Below, one piece after another: positions 1 through 8,596 of a stretch of 64,000 nt of DNA. The translations under genes and the position numbers were made by a program. The notes below the pieces were generated by a model. The model was not told the DNA's origin, made no database searches, and saw nothing but the letters and a program-made list of their open reading frames with translations. The DNA comes from Minisyncoccota bacterium. GTDB taxonomy: Bacteria > Patescibacteriota > Minisyncoccia > Phycocordibacterales > UBA12079. Location of the stretch: assembly GCA_028689435.1 (NCBI GenBank), contig JAQTWD010000001.1, positions 96 through 64,095 of the forward strand, given 5' to 3'. How positions within the stretch are numbered: position 1 is the stretch's first letter; each line of letters begins with the position of its first letter.

Positions 1-525
1 TCTTTTTACTACATTTTCCATAACAGATTCCATTTCTTCATATTCTTGATTTTGTTCTTGTGCCATTACTCTTATTTGTTCTCCTACTGTCTCAGCATTA
101 TCAGAAACACGAATCATCTCCTGAACAGCATTAGCAATTCTACTTTTTCTTTCTTCTGCTCTCTTTGTAAATTCAAATTTATCATCACTGTCTGTTGATG
201 TTGCTGTATCATCATCCGTTGAAGTTGCTGTATTGTCGTCTGTTGATGTAGCTGAATCATCGTCAGATTCTGATTCACCGAGTCTTTCAGTTTCTCTTTC
301 TTGATTCTGATTTTTTACACCCTCTGATGAATCATCGTCTGAATCAGATGATTCCGGACATTCTGCAAACTCACAATTAGGTCCTTGTCTTCCAACAGAA
401 GATCCGTCTGGACAAATTTTTGCTTCTAATGTACACGATCTTTGTTGTTCTGCTTCAACAAATGAAATTGCTGAAACTAGTGCAAACACCAAAAACAGAA
501 CAAAATAAATACTATTCTTATTCAT
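1..525 (-). CDS. secreted acidic D/S/T-rich protein, N-terminal part (C-terminus lies beyond left window edge)
   Basis: Own translation from ATG at 525: MNKNSIYFVLFLVFALVSAISFVEAEQQRSCTLEAKICPDGSS... It has a signal-peptide-like start and the frame stays open to nt 1. Absent from the ORF track because it is truncated. Confidence 0.5.
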   Translation of the reverse strand, partial: MNKNSIYFVLFLVFALVSAISFVEAEQQRSCTLEAKICPDGSSVGRQGPNCEFAECPESSDSDDDSSEGVKNQNQERETERLGESESDDDSATSTDDNTATSTDDDTATSTDSDDKFEFTKRAEERKSRIANAVQEMIRVSDNAETVGEQIRVMAQEQNQEYEEMESVMENVVKR

Positions 526-670
526 AATTTTTATATATTTTATGTTAAATTTGACTAATAATCCTTAATCAATTGATCTCAGAAACCAATTAAAAAGGAT
601 ATCTAAATTATAGCAAAAATATCAAAAAAAACTAGTAAATTCAACACCTGTCAAAAAACCTTACATTTTA

Positions 671-1183
671 CTAGTAAACTAGAATTTTTCCTAAATGAAT
701 ATTATTAGTTGCATTCGTATATTCCCAAAGACCAACCTGAGTAAAAGTGTATTCGTAGATTCCGTCATAACCTACAGTCTGCGACTGATTTAATTGTTTG
801 TGAAATAAATCACTTTGACCCGTTGCAAAGATTCTCATTGATGTACTTGATTTGTTAATAAATCTGACAGAAGTTCCCCTCTTAATCGTCAAATCATTTG
901 GTGAAAAACCTGTTTTATAATAATAAATCAAGTAAACACCATCTGGAGTAATGGTTGGAGTTTTAGTAGTAGTCGTCTTTGTGCCAACCGTTGTTGTTTT
1001 TGAAGAAGTTGTTGTAGTTTTATTTGTAGAAGTTGTTGTTGAATTTCCTTCTATAATCTCAATATTTGGATCATTTTGATTATTAACTCCTACTCCGAAA
1101 TAATTTTGATAAAAATAATAAGCCGCGACCGCTACTGCGCCAACCAACAAAATTAAGAATATATCTTTTATTTTTTCTTCCAT
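671..1183 (-). CDS. membrane-anchored protein with Thr-rich linker and cupredoxin-like C-terminal domain
   Basis: ORF track, 170 aa. N-terminal TM helix, linker TTTSTNKTTTTSSKTTTVGTKTTTTKT, then FSPNDLTIKRGTSVRFINKS... resembling a cupredoxin beta-sandwich. No clear Cu ligands. Confidence 0.45.
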   Translation of the reverse strand: MEEKIKDIFLILLVGAVAVAAYYFYQNYFGVGVNNQNDPNIEIIEGNSTTTSTNKTTTTSSKTTTVGTKTTTTKTPTITPDGVYLIYYYKTGFSPNDLTIKRGTSVRFINKSSTSMRIFATGQSDLFHKQLNQSQTVGYDGIYEYTFTQVGLWEYTNATNNIHLGKILVY

Positions 1184-1316
1184 AAAAATTTAGTTTTAAA
1201 TTTATAATATAATTATTAAATAAAATAATTTCTTTACTATCGATTAAATTATAACATCAAAAAACAAAAGAAAAACTATGCCAAGAATTTTCTATACAAA
1301 CAAACAACACACAAAT

Positions 1317-1362
1317 AATTTTCCATATAAAAAATACGGTCGTATTTTTTATATGGAAAATT
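1317..1362 (-). terminator. perfect hairpin (stem ~17 bp, GGTC/GACC apex) directly downstream of mltG
   Basis: TTCCATATAAAAAATAC-GGTC-GTATTTTTTATATGGAA, 6 nt after the mltG stop. Member of the GACC-apex hairpin family. Confidence 0.5.
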
Positions 1363-1367
1363 ATTTT

Positions 1368-2363
1368 TTAATTTTTTAAATATTTTTCTATATTTTCTTT
1401 ATGTTCCTCGTAATTTTTTGCACAGTGAATATTTCTATTTGAATCGTGTAAATAATACAAACAGTCTGTTTTTTCAGGATATAAAACGGCGCTTATTGCA
1501 TCAATTCCTGGGTTTGCAATTGGTTGTATCGGCAAACCATTATACATATATGTGTTGTACGGAGAATTTATTTTTTTATCAGCAACACTAATCGGCGCCC
1601 ACCAACCGTTTCCCTTATCTCCTCTCGCATACTGAATGGTTGCATCAATATCCAATTTCATCTCTTGCAAAAGACGGTTCCATAAAATCCCCGCAACCAA
1701 CGGCATATCAGCTTTTCCCCCAGCTTCTCTTTCAACCAGAGAAGCAATCTTTATCAAAGTTGTCCATTTTATATTTTGACTCATTGCTTCTTTTGAAAAT
1801 GGTTCGAATTTTTCATTAAAACGAGTATATAATCTTTTTACAATATCACATGGCAATTCATCTACTGGAATCAAATAAGTATCTGGAAAAAATATACCCT
1901 CATCCAAAACAGAGATACTATTTGTCTCCTTTATAAATTCATCATATTTTTCTTTACTCCAACCAAGCTCCTTAACAAAGATTTCCCCTATTTGTTCTTT
2001 TCTATAACCTTCTTTTATAACCACCCATTTCATATAAGGATCCTCCTTTATTATTTTTGCAATTTCCCAAGCAGACATACTTTTTGAAATTTTATAAGCT
2101 CCATCTTGTACACAGTTAAAACAGCCGAGAGCAATCCCAAATCCAAATTTACTTTTTATAAAACCTTCTTCATACAAATCATTTTTTATTTTATCTGAAT
2201 TGTTTATTCCCATTTGTACAATAAATCTTTCTGGTTCACTTTCTTTTTGAGGAGCCGAAAAAAAAGTATTGTTTAAAAACAATACTACAAATCCTATCAA
2301 TAATAAAATCCCAAAAATAATAAAAAATATTGGTTTATTTTTTTGTTCCGGATGTATCAACAT
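1368..2363 (-). CDS. mltG: endolytic murein transglycosylase MltG (YceG-like)
   Basis: 331 aa. N-terminal TM helix plus YceG-type motifs (FFPDTYLIP, AGILWNRL, DATIQYA, YNTY..GLP..PIANPG). Confidence 0.85.
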   Translation of the reverse strand: MLIHPEQKNKPIFFIIFGILLLIGFVVLFLNNTFFSAPQKESEPERFIVQMGINNSDKIKNDLYEEGFIKSKFGFGIALGCFNCVQDGAYKISKSMSAWEIAKIIKEDPYMKWVVIKEGYRKEQIGEIFVKELGWSKEKYDEFIKETNSISVLDEGIFFPDTYLIPVDELPCDIVKRLYTRFNEKFEPFSKEAMSQNIKWTTLIKIASLVEREAGGKADMPLVAGILWNRLLQEMKLDIDATIQYARGDKGNGWWAPISVADKKINSPYNTYMYNGLPIQPIANPGIDAISAVLYPEKTDCLYYLHDSNRNIHCAKNYEEHKENIEKYLKN

Positions 2364-2376
2364 AAATACTAGTTAA

Positions 2377-3096
2377 TTAGTATAGTGAAAAGTGGTCAAG
2401 CATTTCAAGAAAATCTTTTCTTATTTGGGAATCTTCTTCCAAATAAGCACCATTTATATAATAAATTAACCCGTTGTTTAAAACCACCAATATCTCATTC
2501 TCATACAAACCAGAGATTTTATATCTAACAGCAGGAGATCCTGAAAAATCTAATTCTTCTATCTCGGAAACAGCAAATTCTATATTTGAAATCATTTTTT
2601 CTTTTTCTATCCATTCTTTTACTGAATAATTTTTTGAATTTTTAAAAATCAAAACAGAAATAGACGGAGGATATTCTCTGGGAATATCGCTTTCCAAAAG
2701 TTCCTCATATTCTTTTTTATTAAACAGGTTCAAAGATTCCACAACGTTTTCATCTGTCCATTGATTTTTGGAGTCAATCAAAATATATCCGTCTGGGTTT
2801 AATCTATACTCAAAACGAATTCCTAAATCATCGTTGCGATAACGAGTCCACAACTGATTATTTCTTTCAAATTGTTCGCGATCAGTTTCCAAAACATCCC
2901 AGCCATCAGGAATATCACAAAGATTTGGAAACTCTTTTATCTCACCAGTTTCAGGATTACGAGCATCCGTGAGTACCTCTACACAATTTTCTCCTCTGTC
3001 TTTATCCATAAAAAAATAAAAACTTACTATAACAAAAACAACAACAAAAAAAATTGTAGGTATTATATTATTCTTTTTAAAAAAATTGTTTAACAT
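2377..3096 (-). CDS. hypothetical membrane-anchored protein
   Basis: 239-aa ORF with an N-terminal TM helix (IIPTIFFVVVFVIVSFYFF). No recognisable family. Confidence 0.55.
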   Translation of the reverse strand: MLNNFFKKNNIIPTIFFVVVFVIVSFYFFMDKDRGENCVEVLTDARNPETGEIKEFPNLCDIPDGWDVLETDREQFERNNQLWTRYRNDDLGIRFEYRLNPDGYILIDSKNQWTDENVVESLNLFNKKEYEELLESDIPREYPPSISVLIFKNSKNYSVKEWIEKEKMISNIEFAVSEIEELDFSGSPAVRYKISGLYENEILVVLNNGLIYYINGAYLEEDSQIRKDFLEMLDHFSLY

Positions 3097-3245
3097 TGTT
3101 TATTTAAGGGTCACAATACCTCAATCGGTATTTTGATTTATCGTTGCTGGCCAATTCGAGTTAGAACGGTAGTCGGCCAAGCCCTGCAATGCGGTTTTGT
3201 TAAGTTTTATATTAGCACAACGACAGGTCTTGAGCATAATGTTTT

Positions 3246-3641
3246 TTAATCAATTAACATTGGTATTAAATCTCGCGATATTTTACGAACTTTAACTTCT
3301 TTTCTACCTTCAATAACAAGTCGACACAGTCTATGTAAGCCATCTAATATTTCTAACTTCCCCTCGAGGTTTCTCATTAAGTCAATTGGAAAATCTGTAT
3401 CTGCAGTAAATATTCTGTCTTTGTGTTTGGGATATTTTTCAATATCGATTAAAACATTTCTCGGTGAAACACAGTATTTTTTATCACCGTCGTGCCAAAA
3501 AAGAAGATCTAACTGCCATTCTATTTCGGAAACACTAATATCCTCTATTGGGATGTTTTTTAATTCCCAGATTTTGCTTTTATTCCAATTAAAGTCTAAT
3601 CCGGAATTTTTGATAAATTCTGGTCGGTAGGTATTATTCAT
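3246..3641 (-). CDS. ParB/sulfiredoxin-like nuclease-domain protein (tentative)
   Basis: 131 aa. ILDGLHRLCRL resembles the DGxHR core of ParB N-terminal-like domains. Confidence 0.45.
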   Translation of the reverse strand: MNNTYRPEFIKNSGLDFNWNKSKIWELKNIPIEDISVSEIEWQLDLLFWHDGDKKYCVSPRNVLIDIEKYPKHKDRIFTADTDFPIDLMRNLEGKLEILDGLHRLCRLVIEGRKEVKVRKISRDLIPMLID

Positions 3642-3702
3642 AAAAAATTAATAGAACTTGATTGCGAAATTACTTCTTCAATACGTTTGTTTTGTGCATT
3701 GC

Positions 3703-3771
3703 TGCGGGACTAGGACTCGAACCTAGATAGGCGGTACCAGAAACCGCAGTCCTACCATTAGACGATCCCGC
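3703..3771 (-). tRNA. tRNA-Gln (anticodon CUG)
   Basis: Reverse complement reads GCGGGATCGTCTAATGGTAGGACTGCGGTTTCTGGTACCGCCTATCTAGGTTCGAGTCCTAGTCCCGCA. Acceptor, T-arm (CTAGG-TTCGAGT-CCTAG) and anticodon arm (GCGGT-TTCTGGT-ACCGC) all pair. No CCA encoded. Confidence 0.85.
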
Positions 3772-3902
3772 AATTAACACCTTATAAGATACCACAAAAA
3801 CATATATCTTGTTAATCACCTGTAAAATTTGCTATTTAAAAAAATATTGTTATTATTGCAAACAGATACTGTAATAAAAACAAAAAAAATAATAAGAGAA
3901 AA

Positions 3903-4157
3903 ATGATGAAGGAAATAATTAAGAAAATAATCTTCCTCGCCACAACACTAATGGTTGCATTTGTTGGATATTTTGTAAAAATAACAAAAGGTTTGGAAAT
4001 GCCTTTGGAAGAAAACAAAGCTCTCATAATTATGACAATAGGAGGTGCTCTTTTGTCGGCTATCTGGCTGGTAGAAATTTTACTTTTAATTAAGGAGAGG
4101 ATTTTCCCTCCAAAGATGGAAGAAGTAAAAGAAAAAAATTCAACATTTGCCTCTTAA
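3903..4157 (+). CDS. small membrane protein
   Basis: 84-aa ORF with two hydrophobic helices, followed by a bidirectional terminator. Confidence 0.5.
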   Translation: MMKEIIKKIIFLATTLMVAFVGYFVKITKGLEMPLEENKALIIMTIGGALLSAIWLVEILLLIKERIFPPKMEEVKEKNSTFAS

Positions 4158-4165
4158 ATAAATTT

Positions 4166-4196
4166 AAAAAGGTGCCCCCATAAGCACCTTTTTTTA
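4166..4196. terminator. bidirectional intrinsic terminator
   Basis: AAAAAGGTGC-CCCCATAA-GCACCTTTTTT between convergent genes 3903..4157 (+) and ftsX (-). Confidence 0.7.
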
Positions 4197-4197
4197 T

Positions 4198-5121
4198 TTA
4201 AACTTTCAAATATTTTCTAACCGCTAGGAAACTCGAAACAACACCTAAGAAAATTCCAGAACCCAAGATTATCAATGAAATACTCCAGAAATTGCCAAGG
4301 TAGTGACTAAACATATTTAACCCAAACAACTTTTCAGAAAATGATCCCAAATAATAAGTCACTGGCAAAAAGACAATCAAAGTAAGTATCGCTGAAATCG
4401 CTCCATATATCATACCTTCAACAACAAAAGGTCCTCTAACATATTTATTACTTGCTCCTACCAATCGCATAACAGCAATTTCTTCTTTTGAAATATAAAT
4501 TGTTAGACGAATGGTATTAAAAGTTATTATTATAGACATAACAACCAACAACAGCGTAACAATAAGCCCGATTTTTTCTGTGGCATTGATGATTTTTGAA
4601 AGACGGTCAATAACTATTTTATTTTGATTATAATTAACCTTGTCTATAATATCTGTTCCCTCTGACGATAAAGCACTATCGCTCTCCAAAAACTTTGCAA
4701 TAAATTCATATTGTTGAGTTTCTTTCGCTTGAATATTCAAAGCCGGTCCCAAAGGATTGTTCCCCAATTCTTCTAGTGCTTGCAAGGTTAGCTGATCATC
4801 ACCGTGTCGCAATTTAAAATTTTCTAGTGCTTGTTCGCTAGAAATATATTCTACAGAACCGACTTCGGAAAGACCCTCTAGAGATTGTTTGATAGCTAAA
4901 ACATCTTCTTCGTTTGCTGTTGTGGAAAAATAAACATTGATATCTACTTTGCTCTTTATCTGAGTTAGCACAGATTCCAAAAGAGCATTACTAAAAATAA
5001 GGGTACCGAAAACAAACAGTGTAATAGACATCACCAAAATAGAAGAAAGAGAAACAACTCTGCTTCTCCACAAATTAACGATCGCTGATTTTGTTATTCT
5101 TTTTATGTTTACTATTATCAT
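4198..5121 (-). CDS. ftsX: cell-division permease-like protein FtsX
   Basis: 307 aa. TM1, large periplasmic loop and three C-terminal TM helices. Immediately downstream of ftsE. Confidence 0.85.
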   Translation of the reverse strand: MIIVNIKRITKSAIVNLWRSRVVSLSSILVMSITLFVFGTLIFSNALLESVLTQIKSKVDINVYFSTTANEEDVLAIKQSLEGLSEVGSVEYISSEQALENFKLRHGDDQLTLQALEELGNNPLGPALNIQAKETQQYEFIAKFLESDSALSSEGTDIIDKVNYNQNKIVIDRLSKIINATEKIGLIVTLLLVVMSIIITFNTIRLTIYISKEEIAVMRLVGASNKYVRGPFVVEGMIYGAISAILTLIVFLPVTYYLGSFSEKLFGLNMFSHYLGNFWSISLIILGSGIFLGVVSSFLAVRKYLKV

Positions 5122-5224
5122 CCGAATACTACAAATTATATCCTAATACTCCGAATCTACAAATTTATCCGAATTTTACTCGTAATAATTCGATTCGTAA
5201 TTATTCGTAGTATTCGGATTATAT
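5122..5224. repeat. CCGAAT-rich palindromic spacer between ftsE and ftsX
   Basis: CCGAATACTAC...GTAGTATTCGG inverted arms. Contains TACTCCGAATCTACAAATTTATCCGAA, a variant of the 27-mer found upstream of rplB and rplC. Confidence 0.6.
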
Positions 5225-5905
5225 TTATAAAGAAAATTTACCCGTCTTGTCATCTCTCACAACCTTTCCTTTATCCATTGTAATAACTCTTTTTCCAATG
5301 GAATCTATTATACCTTTATTGTGAGTAGTCAAAATAACGGTTGTCCCCAACTCGTTTATTTTTTTCAATATTTGAACAATCTCAAATGTATTGATTGGAT
5401 CAAGATTTCCTGTTGGCTCGTCGGCAATAATAACATCGGGCTGATTTACAATTGCGCGAGCAATCGCCAATCTTTGTTTTTCTCCGCCAGATAATTCATG
5501 AGGAAAATTCCAAGCCTTATCACCCAAATCAACCAGCTCTAAAACGTGCGGAACATCTGACGCAATATCTTCATCGCTTCTTCCCGCAGCCTCCATTGCA
5601 AAAGCAACATTCTCATAAGCTGTCTTATGAGGTAACAATCTGAAATCTTGAAAAATAGTTCCGATCTTTCTTCTAAAAGAATTTTTGTCATCTTTTCTCA
5701 ATTCGTGAATATTCTCTGAACCAAAATATATACATCCCTCAGTTGGATGTTCTTCTGCTAAAAGCATTTTCAAAAGAGTTGTTTTGCCTGCTCCTGAATG
5801 ACCGACAATAGAGACAAATTCTCTTGGTTCAATAGTTATGGTTACGGTATCAACTACCTTGTCGCCGTTTTTATATGTTTTTGAAACTTTATCGAAATAA
5901 ATCAT
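5225..5905 (-). CDS. ftsE: cell-division ATP-binding protein FtsE
   Basis: 226 aa. Walker A GHSGAGKTT, ABC signature LSGGEKQR, Walker B IIADEPTGNLD. Confidence 0.9.
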   Translation of the reverse strand: MIYFDKVSKTYKNGDKVVDTVTITIEPREFVSIVGHSGAGKTTLLKMLLAEEHPTEGCIYFGSENIHELRKDDKNSFRRKIGTIFQDFRLLPHKTAYENVAFAMEAAGRSDEDIASDVPHVLELVDLGDKAWNFPHELSGGEKQRLAIARAIVNQPDVIIADEPTGNLDPINTFEIVQILKKINELGTTVILTTHNKGIIDSIGKRVITMDKGKVVRDDKTGKFSL

Positions 5906-5931
5906 AAGAAAATTTTTTATAAAAAAATTTT

Positions 5932-6040
5932 AGTAACAAGTATTAAGTATCTAGTATTAAGTAAAAAATTTCCAAAGGAAATTTTTTCGTTTCTTACTAC
6001 TTACACCTTACTACTCATTACTCTCTTATTATACTCTACT
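5932..6040. repeat. AGTAAGTA-type long hairpin element (intergenic copy)
   Basis: ...GTATTAAGTAAAAAATTTCCAAAGGAAATTTTTTCGTTTCTTACTACTTACACCTTACTAC... The same family is inserted in the 16S and 23S genes. Confidence 0.6.
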
Positions 6041-6101
6041 CCCTATAATTTTCAATTCCCGCCTGCCAAAGCCTGGCACTAGCGGGCAGGTCCAATTTAT
6101 G

Positions 6102-6130
6102 TTGACAATGAATGGTAATTCCCATAGTAT
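6102..6130 (+). promoter_or_regulatory. sigma70-like promoter TTGACA-N17-TAGTAT
   Basis: TTGACA at 6102-6107, 17-nt spacer, TAGTAT at 6125-6130, upstream of the EamA-like ORF. Confidence 0.55.
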
Positions 6131-6184
6131 GATTTGAGAAATTTTGTCACATCTTACAAACAAAATACGAGACAGAGGAACAAA

Positions 6185-6622
6185 ATGAACCCTTTGAAAT
6201 TGGCAGTAATTGCATCTCTTGGCTACGGACTATGTATGCCGTTTGCCAAAATGGCATATAAAAACGGTATGCACGCAAATGGTTTTTGCTTGTTATATGG
6301 AATAATCTTGGTGACAATTTCGTTGCCAACAATTTATTCCGGCGGAATGACCACCCTTTTTCCGAGCAACCCAGCACTGTGGTACGGAATAATTTCTACG
6401 CTAATTTGTGCTATTGGATTTAAAGCCCAAACAGACGCTTCGGCGGCCCCAGCTTCAATTCTCGCGGTTGTTTCAATTATCGCCGCAACTTATCCGTTGG
6501 TATCATCAAGTGTGCTTTTGCCGTTTATGGGCGAGGCGGGAAAAATTGTCGTTCCCAAATTTCTGTTCGGATCAGTCCTTATCATTGCTGGGGGTTTCTT
6601 GGTAAGCACCAGCCTCAAATGA
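6185..6622 (+). CDS. EamA/SMR-like small membrane transporter (single EamA-type domain)
   Basis: The ORF track frame opens at 6134. The ATG at 6185 follows AGAGGA, and the product MNPLKLAVIASLGYG... has 4-5 TM helices. GC visibly above surroundings. Confidence 0.55.
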   Translation: MNPLKLAVIASLGYGLCMPFAKMAYKNGMHANGFCLLYGIILVTISLPTIYSGGMTTLFPSNPALWYGIISTLICAIGFKAQTDASAAPASILAVVSIIAATYPLVSSSVLLPFMGEAGKIVVPKFLFGSVLIIAGGFLVSTSLK

Positions 6623-6627
6623 TTTCA

Positions 6628-6668
6628 TCGCTCAATGCAAAAAGTCGCATTGAGCGACTTTTTGTTTT
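6628..6668 (+). terminator. intrinsic terminator
   Basis: TCGCTCAATGC-loop-GCATTGAGCGA followed by CTTTTTGTTTT. Confidence 0.75.
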
Positions 6669-6671
6669 AGG

Positions 6672-6700
6672 TTGACAAATGCCTACAAAGACTTTATTAT
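6672..6700 (+). promoter_or_regulatory. sigma70-like promoter TTGACA-N17-TATTAT
   Basis: TTGACA at 6672-6677, TATTAT at 6695-6700. Confidence 0.55.
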
Positions 6701-6745
6701 TCAAAAAGAATTTTCGTAATATTTATCTCAACTGAGGGAGGAAAA

Positions 6746-6931
6746 ATGCGAGAAATTAAAAATGGTCCAAATCAAAAATTGAAAAAGAAATCATTTCTTG
6801 TAGCCGTAGCCAGTGTATTTGGAATATACATATTTGGAGGATGTCTAATTGTAGAAATATTTTTTACCCTATTATTTATGGTAGCCTGCGTCGTCTGTTT
6901 TTGTACACCATCAATAGATTATAAAAGCTGA
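6746..6931 (+). CDS. small membrane protein
   Basis: 61 aa. GGGAGG lies 5 nt upstream of the ATG. Two hydrophobic segments. Confidence 0.45.
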   Translation: MREIKNGPNQKLKKKSFLVAVASVFGIYIFGGCLIVEIFFTLLFMVACVVCFCTPSIDYKS

Positions 6932-6943
6932 CAAGGAGAAAAA

Positions 6944-7207
6944 ATGGACAAAAAAAGTTTCATTACTTGGATGCGTGCTATAGGTGAAATACGTGACAAA
7001 AATGTCCAACGACTGGTTATCTATCACATTACGGACTTAGCAACGGTATCAGAAAACTGGGAAACGTGGTCCAGTTCTGATAAAAAGGATTATTTGGAAG
7101 AAAGAATCGAATCTCTGAAAAAATTACCTGCTGACAATCACGACAGCGGGAGAATAGATACAATCATTAGTCGCCTGAGAAGACTAGAGAAAGATTTAAT
7201 GTGCTAA
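6944..7207 (+). CDS. hypothetical protein
   Basis: 87 aa. AAGGAG lies 6 nt upstream; a terminator follows. Confidence 0.5.
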   Translation: MDKKSFITWMRAIGEIRDKNVQRLVIYHITDLATVSENWETWSSSDKKDYLEERIESLKKLPADNHDSGRIDTIISRLRRLEKDLMC

Positions 7208-7252
7208 ACGCCCGACGCAAAACAAAAATCGCGTTTGGGCGATTTTTGTTTT
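7207..7252 (+). terminator. intrinsic terminator
   Basis: CGCCCGACGC...GCGTTTGGGCG followed by ATTTTTGTTTTT. Confidence 0.65.
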
Positions 7253-7283
7253 TAAAGTATCTAGATATTGCTGAATTAATATC

Positions 7284-7475
7284 TTATTTCTTATTTAATT
7301 GTTTAAAAACTTTTTCCTGTAATTCTTTATTTATCACCTGAATCGGCTCGAGAATTATTTTTTCATTTTTAAAACTTATTTCCAAAAAATCACCCTCTTC
7401 TAAACCCAAAACTTCTCTTATTTCTTTTGGAATAGTTATGACTCCTTTGGATTGTACTTTTAATAGTTTATTCAT
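7284..7475 (-). CDS. AbrB/MazE/SpoVT-family DNA-binding protein (antitoxin-like, no partner seen)
   Basis: 63 aa. KVQSKGVITIPKEIREVLGLEEGDFLEI matches the SpoVT-AbrB looped-hinge pattern. Confidence 0.7.
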   Translation of the reverse strand: MNKLLKVQSKGVITIPKEIREVLGLEEGDFLEISFKNEKIILEPIQVINKELQEKVFKQLNKK

Positions 7476-7538
7476 AACAAAAATAATAACAAAAAATTTT
7501 TCTTTGAAACACCCTCAGGCTTGCGCAAACTTGTGCAC

Positions 7539-7636
7539 AAAAAATACGACCGTATTTTTTATATCATTTTTCTGAATTTCCGAATTTCCGAATTATCATA
7601 AAATTTATGCGACCGCATAAATTTTATGATAATTCG
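7539..7636. repeat. two GACC-apex hairpins plus CCGAAT repeats
   Basis: AAAAAATAC-GACC-GTATTTTTT (7539-7562) and CCGAATTATCATAAAATTTATGC-GACC-GCATAAATTTTATGATAATTCGG (7588-7636). Confidence 0.6.
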
Positions 7637-7676
7637 GATAATAGCGACCTCACAAGAATTAATCCAGCACGGGTAA

Positions 7677-7705
7677 TTGACACTTTAAAATAGTTGATGT
7701 ATTAT
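7677..7705 (+). promoter_or_regulatory. sigma70-like promoter TTGACA-N17-TATTAT
   Basis: TTGACA at 7677-7682, TATTAT at 7700-7705. Confidence 0.55.
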
Positions 7706-7755
7706 CATAAATAGAAAAAGTGGTAAATTTTTTAACTCAATACAAGAAGTAAATA

Positions 7756-8526
7756 ATGGAACAATGGACGCTTGAAAAAATTTGTAGAGAAATGGAACAA
7801 AATCATAACACAGGTTCCCCTCTTTACAAACTCATCGTGCAAAGTAATCACGGAAAAATAAAAACTGATGTTCTTTTGGAGAAACAGACGCGAGTGGGCA
7901 GTATTGGTGATGTTACCAGATCAATACTTCCGGACTTCTTGAACGGCAACTTTGGCCTTAGTACCATAAATCATATATTTAGGCGACACGGAGCGGTATC
8001 TCTTGGTTTAGGCTTGGGTAGTTCTTGGCTTTGTTATAATCCATCAAGGTTCCCGTCCGATCTCGTATGTAGAACCCCGCTTGGGGGCGGGTTGATTACA
8101 CCAGAGTTGTCAGAAACAACCCCGTACTGGTTCAAGATAGAAAAGACGGAACTTTTTAAAAACTCAGGGTTTGAAACATTTTATCAGGTATATGAAGACC
8201 TAAAACAATCTGATTTGTTACATAAATGTCCTTCATACGCAGACGGAGGAGATCTGCGTGAACAGATAGAGTTGGTCAGATCACGTTTTGGAAACCAGAA
8301 CAAAATATTACTTTGGCGCTCGGTGTTTCTTGAAAAATTTCAGATCAAATATACCGAAGCACATATCAGTTTGACCGTCCCATATCTTGATTGCACTGAA
8401 AATGAAATCGGGAAAAAAAGGATAAAAATTTCCAAAGGCGGAAGATGGAATGATCTGACGAAACTCGGCGATGATGCCGAGGAAAAAAACCTTGAAGAGA
8501 ATTTTATTACCGTTATTTGCAAATAA
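7756..8526 (+). CDS. hypothetical protein (GC-richer single-gene cassette)
   Basis: 256-aa ORF with its own promoter and terminator. No family recognised. Confidence 0.6.
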   Translation: MEQWTLEKICREMEQNHNTGSPLYKLIVQSNHGKIKTDVLLEKQTRVGSIGDVTRSILPDFLNGNFGLSTINHIFRRHGAVSLGLGLGSSWLCYNPSRFPSDLVCRTPLGGGLITPELSETTPYWFKIEKTELFKNSGFETFYQVYEDLKQSDLLHKCPSYADGGDLREQIELVRSRFGNQNKILLWRSVFLEKFQIKYTEAHISLTVPYLDCTENEIGKKRIKISKGGRWNDLTKLGDDAEEKNLEENFITVICK

Positions 8527-8531
8527 CAAAA

Positions 8532-8566
8532 AGGGCGAAATTTTGCTTTAGCAAAATTTCGTCCTC
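8532..8566. terminator. bidirectional hairpin terminator
   Basis: GGGCGAAATTTTGC-TTTA-GCAAAATTTCGTCC between convergent 7756..8526 (+) and prfB (-). Confidence 0.6.
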
Positions 8567-8596
8567 TTTAATTTAAAATCTAAAATTTAAAATTTT

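Noticed and set aside
3100-3245. Calling this island the SRP (4.5S) RNA
   Set aside because: There is no GNAR tetraloop and no conserved CAGG/AGCA symmetric-loop motifs on either strand. It is kept only as an unclassified candidate.
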